Positions 29,835 to 48,800 of a stretch of DNA of 64,000 bases are shown piece after piece; positions within the stretch are counted from its first letter, which is position 1, and each line of letters opens with the position of its first letter. The stretch comes from the human T2T-CHM13v2.0 reference genome, Homo sapiens. Below the pieces are notes generated by a model, which did no database searches, was not told where the DNA came from, and worked only from the letters and a program-made list of their open reading frames with translations. A program made the position numbers and the translations under genes. Location of the stretch: the NCBI RefSeq assembly GCF_009914755.1, contig NC_060932.1; one strand, given 5' to 3'.

Positions 29835-30255
29835 TAGCTTTTTGCTTCTAACAAATAGAATAAAGCAGAAGTGAAGCTCTACAGTTTTGGAGATAAGGTC
29901 ATAGAAGTCACTGTAGCTTCCAGTAGCTTCTTGCTGTTTCTCTTGGATCCCTGTCTGGGGAAGCCAGCTGTCATGTCATGAGGGCACTCCAGCAGCCCTG
30001 TGGAGAGGCCAGGTGACAAGGAGCTAAGGCGTTGGGGCAAGCCAAGGCCTTGGAAGCAGCTACTCTAGCCCTGGTGATGCCCTCACACGACCACAGCCCT
30101 GGCTGACGGCTCCTTGTGAGACGCTAAGCCAGAACCACCAAACCAAGCCACGCCTGGACTCCTGACTCTCAGAAACTGTGAAATGATCAACCTTTGCTGC
30201 ATTACGCTGCTCCCTTTTGGAGTAATTTGTTATGCCACAATAAATAACTAACACA
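29835..30255 (+). mobile_element. MaLR LTR (MLT1F-like)
   Basis: GGGGAAGCCAGCTGTCATGTCATGAGGGCACTCCAGCAGCCCTGTGGAGAGGCC...GTAATTTGTTATGCCACAATAAATAACTAACACA. Confidence 0.8.
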
Positions 30256-30795
30256 AGATTAATTTGAAGAAGTTATCCCAAATGCAGCACAGAAAGACAA
30301 AGAAATAGACGTGAAATGACATTAAATCAGCATTCTAGAAAAAGTAATGGGAAAAAGAAACATTTCAAGTGCTAAGAGCTAAGAATTTTCTAGAATTGTT
30401 GAAAGATATTGATCATCAAGTCCATGGAGCCAAGTCAATGCTAAGATGAGTAATTTTTTTACGTGCATTTGGACACCTTATAGGAAAATGGAAGAATACC
30501 AGAAGGGAAAAAATGAAGCAGCCAGAATGGAGACAGATCAGTCATAAAGGAATAGCAATTACACCAAAGGCTGGTTTCTTTACAGCAATAGCGGAAGTCA
30601 GGATTCGGGAATATATTTTACTTTATTCAAAGAAAAGCAACTGTAAACCAGGAATTATCAGCCAGCTAAACTATCTCTCAAGAATGAGGGCTCAGCCGGG
30701 CACGGTGGCTCACGCCTGTAATCCCAACACTTTGGGAGGCCAAGGCAGGCATATCACCAGAGATCAGGAGTTCGAGACCAACCTGGCCAACATTA

Positions 30796-31064
<269 letters not shown>

Positions 31065-31247
31065 TTACTGTTTTTCAACAAAAAGAATACAACCATACTC
31101 ATCACACACCTTTAGCATAACAAGAAGACAAACACTGCAAACTTCAAATTACCTAAAGCAGGAAAGTAAACACTCCTACAGCAGAGATTTCTCTTGAGAC
31201 CCCACTGCCAAACTTTGCAGAGAGCCAGAAGGTCTAGAAAAACTTCA

Positions 31248-31686
<439 letters not shown>

Positions 31687-32234
31687 TTAAGAGTACATGC
31701 AAGATTCGAGGATGTAGTCATCTTCTCAGGGCAAAGAGAGCAAAAAAATGGGGAGTAGGAGAGGCAGAAGTGCCCTGTGGAAACTGAGTAGTAAAGGGGA
31801 AAAGAATCCTGAGGGGAAGTTTCAGAATCTTGCAAAATGAAAGAAAACCAAAAAGTCAAAGGACAGCTAAACTCTTCCCTTGACTCCTTCCCAAAAGCTG
31901 CCCATTGAAGAAATATACTTTACTACACCATCAGAAGAGGATGCTCCCAAACTCACCACCAACCCTGCTCAGGAAATGCATAGATGTAAACAGTCTTCAC
32001 TTATATAAACCTACTTCAAGAAAGAAACAGAAAAAGAAAAGCAAAAGATTTTGGCCGGTAAAATTTCCATCACCACAGCCGAAAAATAATATCTGCAAAG
32101 CTGAGAAAAACCAAAACAGAACGCTACCCAGAAATATAAGAAGACTTGAGTCTACATATTGATAGGGTCCACTGGGTACTGAGAAAACTGATTTGGAATT
32201 ATCAATTCTGAAACGTATCCTGGCAAGGTAAACT

Positions 32235-32620
32235 GTGGCTGTAACTGAAATGAATCACACCACCTGGCATTCACGTCCTTTGTAATCTCCTCCCACACTG
32301 ACTCTGGCTTGGCCATGTGAGTTGCTTTGGTCAATAAGACATCAGCATGTTGCAAGCAGGTGCTTGTTAAGTGTTTGTGTATTAGGGGTTGTCCTCTTGG
32401 AATGCTCCTACTTGGAGCCATGAGCCCCCATATAAAGAGGCCCAACTACCCTGTGTTTTAGCCACGCTAGCTAAGGCAATAAATATGAGTGTCCCAACAG
32501 AGACCATGAGTAACAGAAGGATTGCACATGTAATTCCAACTCAAGTTGCAGAATCGTGAGATATAATAAATCATTATTGTCTTAAGTCACTAAGTTTTGG
32601 TGTGGTTGGTTAACTAAAGC
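32235..32620 (+). mobile_element. MaLR LTR (MLT1G/H-like)
   Basis: CACACTGACTCTGGCTTGGCCATGTGAGTTGCTTTGGTCAATA...TTAAGTCACTAAGTTTTGGTGTGGTTG. Confidence 0.7.
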
Positions 32621-33371
32621 ACCTGGTAAAATGATTAGACTTTAGGGACACAGAAAAAACCCTGAGAGTCTTGAGAAGAAAAAGAAAAGTCAACTAACTT
32701 AAAAAGACAAGAGAATTATTCTGGCATTAAACTTCTCTAAAGCAATATACAAAGCAAGGCCAACATAAAGCCTCATTTTTAGGAAACTCAAGAAAAGTAA
32801 GAATTTTATATTCAGCTAAGGTGTACCTTTAAGTATTGTAGCTTTAGAAAAAAAAGCTTTAAACATACAAGAACTAAATAACCAATGGCTCAAATAAGAA
32901 ATCAGAAGGGAAATTAGAAAATACTTTGAAATATATGAAAATAAGAACACAACATACCAAAACTTATGGGATGTAGTGAAAGGAGGGAAATTTATAGCTT
33001 AAAGGGAAATTTATAGCTGTAAACTACATTGAAAAAAAAAGGTTTTCAAATCAATAACCTAAATTTTTACCAAAAAAAAGAGAGCACACTAAACCCCAAG
33101 GAAGCAGAAAGAAGAAAATGATAAAAGTTACAGCAATCAACATCAGGAAATTAACATTGATACAGTACTACCATGTAATCCATGCACCCCATTCAAATTG
33201 TGAACAGATACTTTGAGCCCATGTATATATTCTATTCCTCAACAAATTTTTACCCACTTGGTTTTTTTTACCCACGTCCTTCTGTGAGTTTTACCTGAAT
33301 AAATGTTAGCAAAGTATTACTATGACAGCTGCCAAATAGTTGATTTTGCTAATTCTATCATTCCTTACACT

Positions 33372-34392
33372 ATTTTTTTTTTTTTTTTAAGACAGGGTAT
33401 CCCCAGGCTGGTGTGCAGTGATGCAATCTCAGCTCACTGAAACCTCTGCCTCCTGGGCTTAAGCAATCCTCCCACCTGAGCCTCCTGATAACTGGAACCA
33501 CAGGTGTGCACCACCACACCCGGCTGAGTTTTTGGTTTTTTTGTAGAGATGAGGTCTTGCTGTGTTGCCCAGGCTGGTCTTGAACTCCTGGGCTCAAGTA
33601 ATCCTCCTGACTCAGCATGAGCCACCACGCCCAGCCTGTTTACTTTCTGTTATACCTTAGGCTGTAACTTATAATTAATGTTAAAGTAATCTGTAATTTT
33701 GTGAAACTGTTTTCCACAAAATAAGTATTTTAAAAATTCTTATTTTTTAAATGCTAATTTTTTTTTCTTTTTTTTTTTTTAAGAGACAGGTTCTCACTTT
33801 GTCACTCAGGCTGAAGTGCAACAGTGCAATCATGGTGCACTGCAGCCTCAACCACCCAGGCTCAAGCAATCCTTCCTGCTCAGCCTCCTGAGTAGGTGGG
33901 ACTACAGGCATGCACTGCCACGCCCATCTAATTTTTTAAAAATTTTTTTGTAGAAACAGGACCCAGCTATGTGGCGCCCAGGCTGGTCTTGAACTCCTGG
34001 GCTCAAATAATCCACCTCAGCCTCCCAAAGTGCTGGGATTACAGGCATGGGCCACTGCGCCTGGCCTAAAATGCTATTTGAACTTAAACATATTAATGTA
34101 TTTATGGGCTGGGCGCGGTGGCCCACACCTGTAATCCCGGCACTTTGGGAGGCCAAGGCGGGTGGATTGCTTGAGGTCAGGAGTTCGAGACCAACCTGAC
34201 CAACATAGTGAAACCCCATCTCTACTAAAAATACAAAACTTAGCCAGGCGTGGTGGCACATGCCTGTAGTCCCAGCTACTCAGGAGGCTGAGGCAGGAGA
34301 ATTGCTTGAACCCAGGAGCAGAGGTTGCAGTGAGCCAAGATTGTGTCACTGTACTCCAGCATGGGCGACAAAGTGAGACTCCATCTAAAAAT
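33372..34392. mobile_element. Alu cluster: antisense 33372-33636 and 33758-34066, sense 34106-34392
   Basis: Recognisable Alu bodies and tails; the last two are head-to-head with a ~40-nt spacer. Confidence 0.9.
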
Positions 34393-34708
34393 ATCTCTAT
34401 ATATGAATGTATTTTATTAGCGCTACCCATTATTTCAGTGCCCAACCCAACCATCTCTCTCCGCATCTAATAGTTTTGTGGGGCCTCCCAAGGTCCCTCA
34501 ACCAGACCCAGATTGCCGACTCAGCTCTCTTCCCCCTTGGCAATATTTGGGGATATCTTGGATTCTGTCATGAACTAATGGTTACGAGGCTCTGTTTGGG
34601 TCCTCTTGTCTCCCTAGGCTTGTTGCCTGCAATAAGTCATAATCCTAGGAAGAGTTAACAACAGGCTTAAAAAGTGAGTAGTGTGAGTTAAAAAGTCAGT
34701 GGTGTTGG

Positions 34709-34856
34709 GGCCGGGCGCGGTGGCTCATGCTTGTAATCCCAGCACTTTGGAAGGCCGAGGCGGGCGGATCACGAGGTCAGGAGATCGAGGCCATCCTGGC
34801 TAACATGGTGAAACCCCGTCTCTACTAAAAATACAAAAGAAAAAAGAAAAAAAAAG
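34709..34856 (+). mobile_element. AluY left monomer only, with target-site duplication
   Basis: GGCCGGGCGCGGTGGCTC...GGATCACGAGGTCAGGAGATCGAGGCCATCCTGGCTAAC...TACTAAAAATAC followed by an A-rich tail. AAAAAGTCAGTGGT occurs on both sides. Confidence 0.9.
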
Positions 34857-35578
34857 TCAGTGGTATGTGTTGGGCTTGGGGGGCAGTGAGTGGACACTCC
34901 TGGCTTTGAGTGACTCTGGCTCAAGTTTCTGGAGATAAGAAGTCCAAGGTCTGACTGTGGGAGACGGTGACCACGGTGGAGCGTAGGAGATGGTCATTGG
35001 AGATGAGGGTATCAGGTAACCAAGAGGCTTCAGTGTTGGATGTATTGTTGGCACAGACCTTGAAGCTGCTGAGGCAGCGGCAGGAACCAGGTTGCAGAAG
35101 AAACCTGGGACCAGGTGCTGCAGTCTGTAGCGCATGAAGGAGGGAGAGGGAGTGGTGAAGAGACGTTGCAACAAGAAATGGGGGGGAATGCTATAGATGG
35201 ATGGTGCATTCCTCACGGAGGCAGGGCACGTGGCCCAAGTCCTAGAACCGAGCAGATGCTCAATTCATTTATTACACTGAAATTCTCAACATCAGAGTGG
35301 CACATAGGTTAGAGTCTAACCATTAGACAACAGAAATGCAGTTAAAATTCCTTTTTCTACTTGAGAGTGGGCTTTTTTTCTCTTCCCCATTAGCTTATCA
35401 GCATGGATGAATTTACAGATTAACATCTTTATTTCGGAATGGATGAGATAAATATAGGAAATTTTGTAAGGTAGAAGGAAATATGAGGGTTCGGTCTGGA
35501 GATGTAAGTTCTAAGCCTGGAAAGTGTTCTGAATGAGGCTAGGCGAAAGGTTGTAGGCACCAAAACCAATTTCATCTA

Positions 35579-35658
35579 TTAGGTTAGTGCAAAAGTAATT
35601 GCAAGTTTTGACATGAAAAGTAATGGCAAAAACCGCAATTACTTTTGTACTAACCCAA
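35579..35658. mobile_element. MADE1 (80-bp mariner-derived MITE)
   Basis: TA-TTAGGTTAGTGCAAAAGTAATTGC...GCAATTACTTTTGTACTAACCCAA-TA: an inverted repeat with TA TSD. Confidence 0.93.
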
Positions 35659-35952
35659 TACTTCACAGTTTTAGACCAGACCACTCTTCACTGGTTTGAA
35701 ACAAACTCTGAGAAAGGAATCCTGCCTTCTCTTCAATTCCCCCTTCGTCTTTTCAGTGGTACTAATCGCCTAATTCTCAAGCTCCAAATGTTGTCTTCCT
35801 CTTCCATCCCTGGTTTTCCTCACTCTCCCTGGCCATGTCAAAAATAAAAGAAATTCTTGACGCAGGAACAATATAAATATGTCTACGGAGGGAGGAATTC
35901 ATCCTTTTGAAAAGAATCTCAGGATTGGAAAAGTGCTTAGAAATCATCCAAC

Positions 35953-36659
35953 CTGGGGACTGGCAGGCTTTTTCTGTAAAGGGCACACAGTTAACATTTC
36001 AGGCTAATTGTGACAGTTCTCTTGGGTGTGACTGCTGGGGCCCGTGTCGTCACGGGTGGTAAAAGTATTTACCAAGACAGTCATGGGTAAAGAAAGGAAG
36101 ATATATTAGAGAAAGGATGAGAATAAGTTGCAAGAATGCAAGGGGCAGCACAGCAGAGAAGGGGCTGTCTGCAAAGATGGAGGGGCCAGAGGGAAGCTGT
36201 ACAAGGTCATGCTAGAAGGGGTTATGTGCAAGTAAGATTTGGCTATATACACTTAGAATATGTTGGGGTGAATTATAACTGCCAGGCCTTTCCAGGTCCC
36301 TGAGGGAAACACTTTGCTGATCTTAGCCTCCTTGCAACTCACATACCTTCATTTCTGGAGTTGCAAGATAGTGGCTGTGGTTTTTCACACAAAGGGGTTG
36401 CAAACAGGGTTAGCTCCCTGGATTAGGTCCCTGTTCTGCTAGCCTGGCTCCTTCCTAGTTCCTATTAACTTATTGATTTGTTAGGGCCCCACAGCAGTCT
36501 CTGTCACAATCCCTTATCTCTGCTGTTGTAGCACAAAAGTAGTCATGGATAATACAGAAACAAATGAGTAAGGCTAAGGCTATGCGCCAATAAAACTTTA
36601 TTTACAAAAATAGGCTGTGGGCCAGATTGGGTCCAAGGGCTGTGGTTTGCTGACCCCTG
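35953..36659. mobile_element. MER58A split by a solo LTR (about 36011-36470, probably ERV1-class, antisense)
   Basis: The MER58A 5' part (TTTTTCTGTAAAGGGCACACAGTTAACATTTCAGGCT) and 3' part (AATAAAACTTTATTTACAAAAATAGGC...TTTGCTGACCCCTG) are separated by ~460 nt of LTR-like sequence starting TGACAG. Confidence 0.75.
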
Positions 36660-36764
36660 ATCCAAACCAACAGATGATAAAACTGAGGCCCCGTTAGCTT
36701 GAAGGAAAACCAGGACTAGAAATCCACTTCCTGTGAGTCTCAGAGAAGAGCTCCTTCTATTAGA

Positions 36765-37191
<427 letters not shown>

Positions 37192-37300
37192 TGATCTCAA
37201 ATTCCTGGGCTCAAGTGATCCTCCCACTTCAGCCTCCCAAAATGCTTGGATTACAGTCATGAGCCCCTGTGTCCAGTCCCCCCACATCATGGATTTTTGA

Positions 37301-37314
37301 GTTGCCTGGGCAAC
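37301..37314. promoter_or_regulatory. RFX X-box palindrome
   Basis: GTTGCCTGGGCAAC matches GTNRCC(N0-3)RGYAAC; it lies at the start of a unique GC-richer block. Confidence 0.45.
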
Positions 37315-38589
37315 AAGCAAACCCTCTGTATCCCAGACAGACAAGTAAGCAGGTGATGACGAGATGTCTTTAAAGTGCCTCTTGATTTGTTCCCCCTTCC
37401 CCTTTGCCCCAGCAGCCCTTTCTCTTTAGCAGCTGGCCTCAGCCACGGGGAGCAGGTGGGGAGTGTGCAGACACACCTGCCGGCAAGCCCAGGAGGGCGT
37501 CTCTCTAGGGAGCTTTCCTAATGAGCACTGCCTGTTGACTGACTGGAGGGGAGGAGCTCATTATTCGCTTTTGGCCCAGAGCCTTGTCTTGTAGGATTGC
37601 AAATGAAGGAATGCCTGTGGCTCCCACGTTCACCTCAGTGGAAAGATCTCAAAGCAACAGTGTAGTTCACACATCTCACTGAAAAGGGTCAGATCAGCTG
37701 GAAGGAAGCTTGTGGAAGTTGTTTGGCACCGAATTTTCACACTTGATCTATTCCTTTCTTCCTCCATCCATTACTCCCACCTTGATCCCTTGAATGGGAA
37801 CATTGTTTGCCCCAAGTCATCTAAAACAAAGTCTCTGTTCTTCTGAACAATACCTGCCCCCCAGCCCCCAGATGCTTAGGAAACATAACCCATAAGAAAA
37901 TAACAGGAGGTTAAGAAGATTATGTCAGCAATCCTTATTCCTGTAAAGGGGCGGGCCTAATCCAGCCACTTTATTCCTTACATTAGCCCTGCTTCAAATC
38001 CCCGACGGGACTTTTTCTTGTAGCTCTTCTTCTCTTGGCAAGAACTCTAGAATGAAAGCTCTAGAGCCAAGCCTAGATATTTAGTGTTAAAAGTTAAGTT
38101 GGAATTTATAGATGTCAGTTCCAAAATGCCCTTCTGGGCCATCCCCCAGCTGACACCCAAGGAAAGGGAAGAGGCCGAGGGCAGAGATCAGATTTAGACA
38201 CAAGGTTGATGGCCTCGCTGCAGTAACCACCTTCTTTAATCACAAGACCACACTAAGCAAACTGGGTGCAGTAGCTCACGCCGGTAATCCCAGCACTTTA
38301 GGAGGCCGAGGCGGGCAGATCACCTGAGGTCTCCATCTAAAAAAAAAAACAAAGCACCACACTATGCAGAAATGCAAAAAGGGAGGTCCCTCCCTCCGCC
38401 AAAAGAGGGAGGTTCCCTTCATTCTGCCCCCCTGCTCCTGTCACCCACAGGTCTTAGAAGAGAGGGAGCCTTAGCTGGTCTTCCTGGCAGCTTTTGCACC
38501 TGCTGTCTGTCCATGACACCCTGACTCCCACTGCCCCCTGTGCTTCTGAGCTGACATCGTATTCATTCAAAAATGTCCATTATCCTCTA

Positions 38590-39251
<662 letters not shown>

Positions 39252-39749
39252 TATGTGAATCCTCCATTGTACAAATGAGAAACAGGGGACTTGAGAGGTA
39301 AACAGGGGACCTGAGAGCCAAGGTAAAACAGCCTAACAGACCGCAGGGCTGTGAGCCCTGCTGTTGCAATCGAATGGTGCACCTCGGTGAGTATGGCGCT
39401 CCCTTTCCTGTGGGGAGCCAGCTTTGATAAGGAGAGAGAGGTGGGCAGGGGACACAGAGAGGCACTGAGGGAAGCCCATCTTCAGAGATGAGCCCAGGCT
39501 TAGCCTTGCAAGGGCTTCAGGCACATGCGGAGGCGGGGCAGGTGACTGGGGGTGGGGGGAGGGAAGAGGCTGCTGGGCCCCCTCCCTGCTGCTTGCTCGC
39601 TTTCCTTCTGGCTCTCTCTGTGTGTCTCTCCATCTTTCTGCCTCTCTGCCTCCTTCCCTTGTCTTCCGCTTCTCTGTAGCCCTGTTTAGACCAAGAGTTG
39701 TTCACTTAGGGCTCCTGGATCCCTGGAGTGTAGAAACATGTTATCTATT

Positions 39750-42135
<2,386 letters not shown>

Positions 42136-42311
42136 CCTATGTTCCTAACTTTAAAAGCCACTTAGCTGGATATTTTTTCCTTTAAAAAATTTTTTTATGA
42201 GGATAGTTGCAGTCTGCTTTTGACTTGCCTATGACAATTCACTTTGCCCCCCAGGAACCCGGTTAATGGGAAGTTCCCGAGGATGGCCTACTTAGGCATC
42301 TGGAGCGTAAC

Positions 42312-42329
42312 GGCTCCCCCTAGCGTCGC
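42312..42329 (-). promoter_or_regulatory. Candidate CTCF site in a CpG-retaining patch (about 42250-42440)
   Basis: The minus strand reads GCGACGCTAGGGGGAGCC, close to the CCGCTAGGGGGCGC core. Confidence 0.5.
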
Positions 42330-42619
42330 TGTTTCAGATTGCATATTGCTCGGGTGAGGAAGGTGAGTAAGAATTCCAGTCGGTGGACAGGATTGGCTTT
42401 CAGCAGGCGGTGGGGCCGCCAGGACAGGTGGCTGCAGAGGCAGGGGAAAAAAGGAAGAGTCTGATACTGTGCTGCTGAGCAATGCGAGACTTTTCATGAT
42501 TTGCCTCAACAATTACAGAGAACACCCCTTTGACATTCAAGGGTACAGACTGCACCCCCACTTTGTGGCGTTCTGATGTCTTGGCATATAAATATTCCCG
42601 TATGCTGTATTATTTTTCA

Positions 42620-42853
<234 letters not shown>

Positions 42854-43702
42854 TCAGGAGGCTGAGGCCAGAGAATCACTTGAGCCCAGGAGTTTAGGCT
42901 GCACTGAGCTATGATCGCACCACTGCCCTCCAGCCTGGGCAACAGAGCAAGACTCTGTCTCAAAATAAATAAATAAATAAGTGAAACCTTTACATCTTGA
43001 GATATATTTAGAGATTTAGACACTAGCTTAATTTTCAAATGCAGTAAACATGTGCTCATCTAGGAAGCATTCTCAGATGCCTAGGTAAGGAGCAAGGACA
43101 GAAAGGAAAGTAACTGATAAGAATCTCTGGGAAGAATGAATCTTAGTTCTCAAAGACATTTGAACCAACACAATATGAACATCACAGCATTGAAGCTGAA
43201 ACAGGTAACTCTGTGTTAGAATCTCCAGCTGTCCATGCCAGAAGTAAAGATGATAAAAAACAATCCAGACAAAAACTATAACTAAGAGTCAGTAAAATGA
43301 TTGCAGTTCCTGGAAGCCAAGCACAAAGCAGTTGTCCTAAAAAGATTTGTTTCAAAGTTATAAAACAAGACCAAACACATGTGTAATTTTAAATGGACTC
43401 AGAGAAAAAAGTCAAAGCTGTTAACTCTGAGGATGCCACCTGCATAACCTAGCATGTCTGGAGCTGAGATTCTTCCACCCAGCAGATAGTTGTGTGTTTG
43501 CATTGACACTGTGTTTGGTACAGTAAGAGGAAAAGGTACAGTAATGAAGCACAGAGCAGGGAAAGCCGTGCCTACAACACCCAGGGGGCACGGTCTCCAA
43601 TGAAGTAGTTTCCTTATTTCACCTCTAGGGACTGGCAAAAGTTACGTTGACCTTCAGGGGTTAAGTGATAACTCAAATTGGAGTGCCTCTTTGTCTGTCT
43701 AA

Positions 43703-44036
<334 letters not shown>

Positions 44037-44358
44037 TAATATTATCATTATTTCTGCTTCATTCTCTCCCTTCATACTCTCTCCTTTCTTCCACTCTGAG
44101 TCCCATCCATCCCTGCCTATCTTTCTTCTGACCCTCACATCTTCCCTGCTTCCACCCATCCCTCTCTGTCCCACATGGCTCTCTTCACCCCCTCATATGG
44201 TTTCATCCAGTCTCTATTTCAACCCTTCTTGGTTCCAGAAGAGAGCTCCTTATTAGGTCCATTAGCCATGAGTGCTCCTTCTGTCTTGAAGGGCCTCCCC
44301 CTCCTCACATACCTTTCTCCTTTTTCCTCTGCCCTTCTCTCTTGTTTGAGTATGAAAC

Positions 44359-45001
44359 CGATGTCGGATTTTTCTTCTTGATCACTTTGCAAGCCGGGGA
44401 ACCTCAGCCGGTAACATTCCGCCTGGGCCTCGGTTAGCCACACTTGCGTGCCCCAGCTCACCTGTGTTACTGCTTGGACCTGCGTTCAGTGGTTTCCAAG
44501 CTCTTATACCCGCACCCAAGAAGAATGAGGATATGCTGGACATTGAAGGGTGAGGAGGGCAGAGAAGAATCATATTAAGCGATGGAACAGCTCTCAGCAG
44601 AGAGGGGACACGGAGCGGGGGCGCTGGGTAGTTCCCCTATCCGATGGCGGGAAAGTCCCCCTGTGTGGCTGGGTCCGAGGCCTTTTATGGACTCAGGATG
44701 GGGAATGCCTGCTGATTGGTTTGTGAGTATGCCAAAATGGTTAAAGCGAAGACACCACTCAAAGGTGGGCATGACAGTGTAGGAAACCAGTTAGGAAAGG
44801 GTAGGTATATGTCAAATAGGTGAAGCGTGGGATTAATCAGAGGAAAGCACGCCAAGCGGGATGACAGGTTCTTAATCCGGTCTGAGGATTTCACTTGTAG
44901 CTTGGCTTTCTGGCTTTAAGCTATCTTCAGCTTGCAGGTGGGGTTTCATGGGGGATGCACCCCTATCTGCCCAGGCATTTGGCTGCCTCCTGCTGCTCTC
45001 A
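44359..45001 (-). mobile_element. ERV1 solo LTR (LTR27/LTR1-family-like), 643 bp
   Basis: The minus strand begins TGAGAGCAGCAGGAGGCAGCCAAATGCCTGGGCAGATAGGGG and ends ...GAAAAATCCGACATCG. A 4-bp TSD, AAAC, sits at 44355-44358 and 45002-45005. Confidence 0.85.
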
Positions 45002-45685
45002 AAACTGTCACTGAGTAGTCAGGATTTGGGTTCTTCGGTCTGACGATGCTGGTATAACCTTGCTCTCCAAATAAGATTGGTGAGAGTGTCCATCGCGTGC
45101 CCAGGAATTTGCATTCATTTCTGTGACTTCCTGAGTGTGAGCCCTGCTCCCACCATGAGTTGAGCTGATGGATCTCACCCAGGCCCTGTAAGTACTGTCT
45201 GGGTTCTGTACTTCCTTGACCCAGAAATGAGACTCAGCCATCCCCCACTTTTCCACCTAAAACCTACTTTCCAGAGGCATTTGTGTGAAGAATAGACTTA
45301 GCTGATGTTAAGGAACAGAGAGTAGATCTTTCAATATAATCCATAGGCTCACAGAAAGAAAAAAAAGAGTAGGTCACAATGCTTCAAGGCAAACAGCTTG
45401 AAACAGACATCAGAAATGTCTGTGTTTAAAAGTCCCTCGGGTAGCCAATGACTCCTGGTCATTTTGCCCCCTTATTGCTCTTTTCTTGTGACATCTGCAC
45501 AGCTCTCCTCACGCTTCCCTTTCCCACCTCTCCTCCTCCTGTGATTTTTCTCAGTTATCACCAAGAACTATACATGTATTTTTCTCTATTTCGCAGAGCC
45601 ATTCTTCATTCTAGCCTACTAGTTTTCAAAGAGTATCCTAATCCATTAGCAGGAAGTAGAATAAGCTTAGTGGGCCAAAACAAGA

Positions 45686-47041
<1,356 letters not shown>

Positions 47042-47146
47042 AGTTTTGATTATACTACACAAATAAGTGTTATTAAGAGTTGTAACTTTTTTTTAAGTCT
47101 GTAAAACACTATCTGGTCCCCATGGATGAACTTAGCTGCAAGTCCA

Positions 47147-48108
<962 letters not shown>

Positions 48109-48689
48109 TGCAGAACTGACATCCATCCGGGGATAGGAGAGCAGAGATGTCTTCAATAGGGTTAATCTCAGGGAAGGAGCAAGAATGTTTACAATTCGTA
48201 ATGTTTCTTAAGGTAAATAACAATGGGTTGGGTGCGGTGGTTCACGCCTGTAATCCCAGCACTTCGGGATGGTGAGGTGGGTGGATGACTTGGGGTCAGG
48301 AGTTCGAGACCAGCTTGGCCAACATGGAGAAAACACATCTCTACTAAAAAATACAAAAATTAGCTGGGCATGGCGGCGCGTGCCTGTAGTCCTGGCTACT
48401 CGGGAGGCTGAAGCAGGAGAATCGCTTGAACCCCAGGAGGCGGAGGTTGTAGTGAGCCGAGATCGCGCCACTGCACCAACCTGGGTGACAGAGCGAGACT
48501 CCTCAAAAACAAAACAAAAACAAAAACAATGATGGTTTTTAAAACTGTATCAAAAATGCTCTTGCATCAAAGCAGCTGCATCAGGCTGTCACAAATCTAG
48601 TAGAATATGGAGTTCCAGGGAGTTCCATCAGGCTGGAACCAAGCTGGCTCTGCCCATGTTGGGGGAGTGTCTCTTAATTGCCGGCCAAG

Positions 48690-48800
48690 CAGTCTGAAAT
48701 AAACTTAGCAACTCATCTTGTTTAAGGGGCGTGGAACGGGGGGAGTGCGATGCGAGTGAGAGGAGCGACCGCGACTGCACACCTGCTGTATACCAGGCCT
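48690..48800 (+). promoter_or_regulatory. Small CpG-retaining patch with a GC box
   Basis: GGGGCGTGG (SP/KLF) at 48726-48734, followed by several CpGs in non-Alu sequence. Confidence 0.35.

Noticed and set aside
35579-35658. Hairpin as a miR-548-family microRNA gene
   Set aside because: MADE1 hairpins are abundant and most are not processed; the sequence alone gives no expression evidence.
44055-44200. Pyrimidine-rich tract as a triplex (H-DNA) element
   Set aside because: Frequently interrupted and without clear mirror symmetry.
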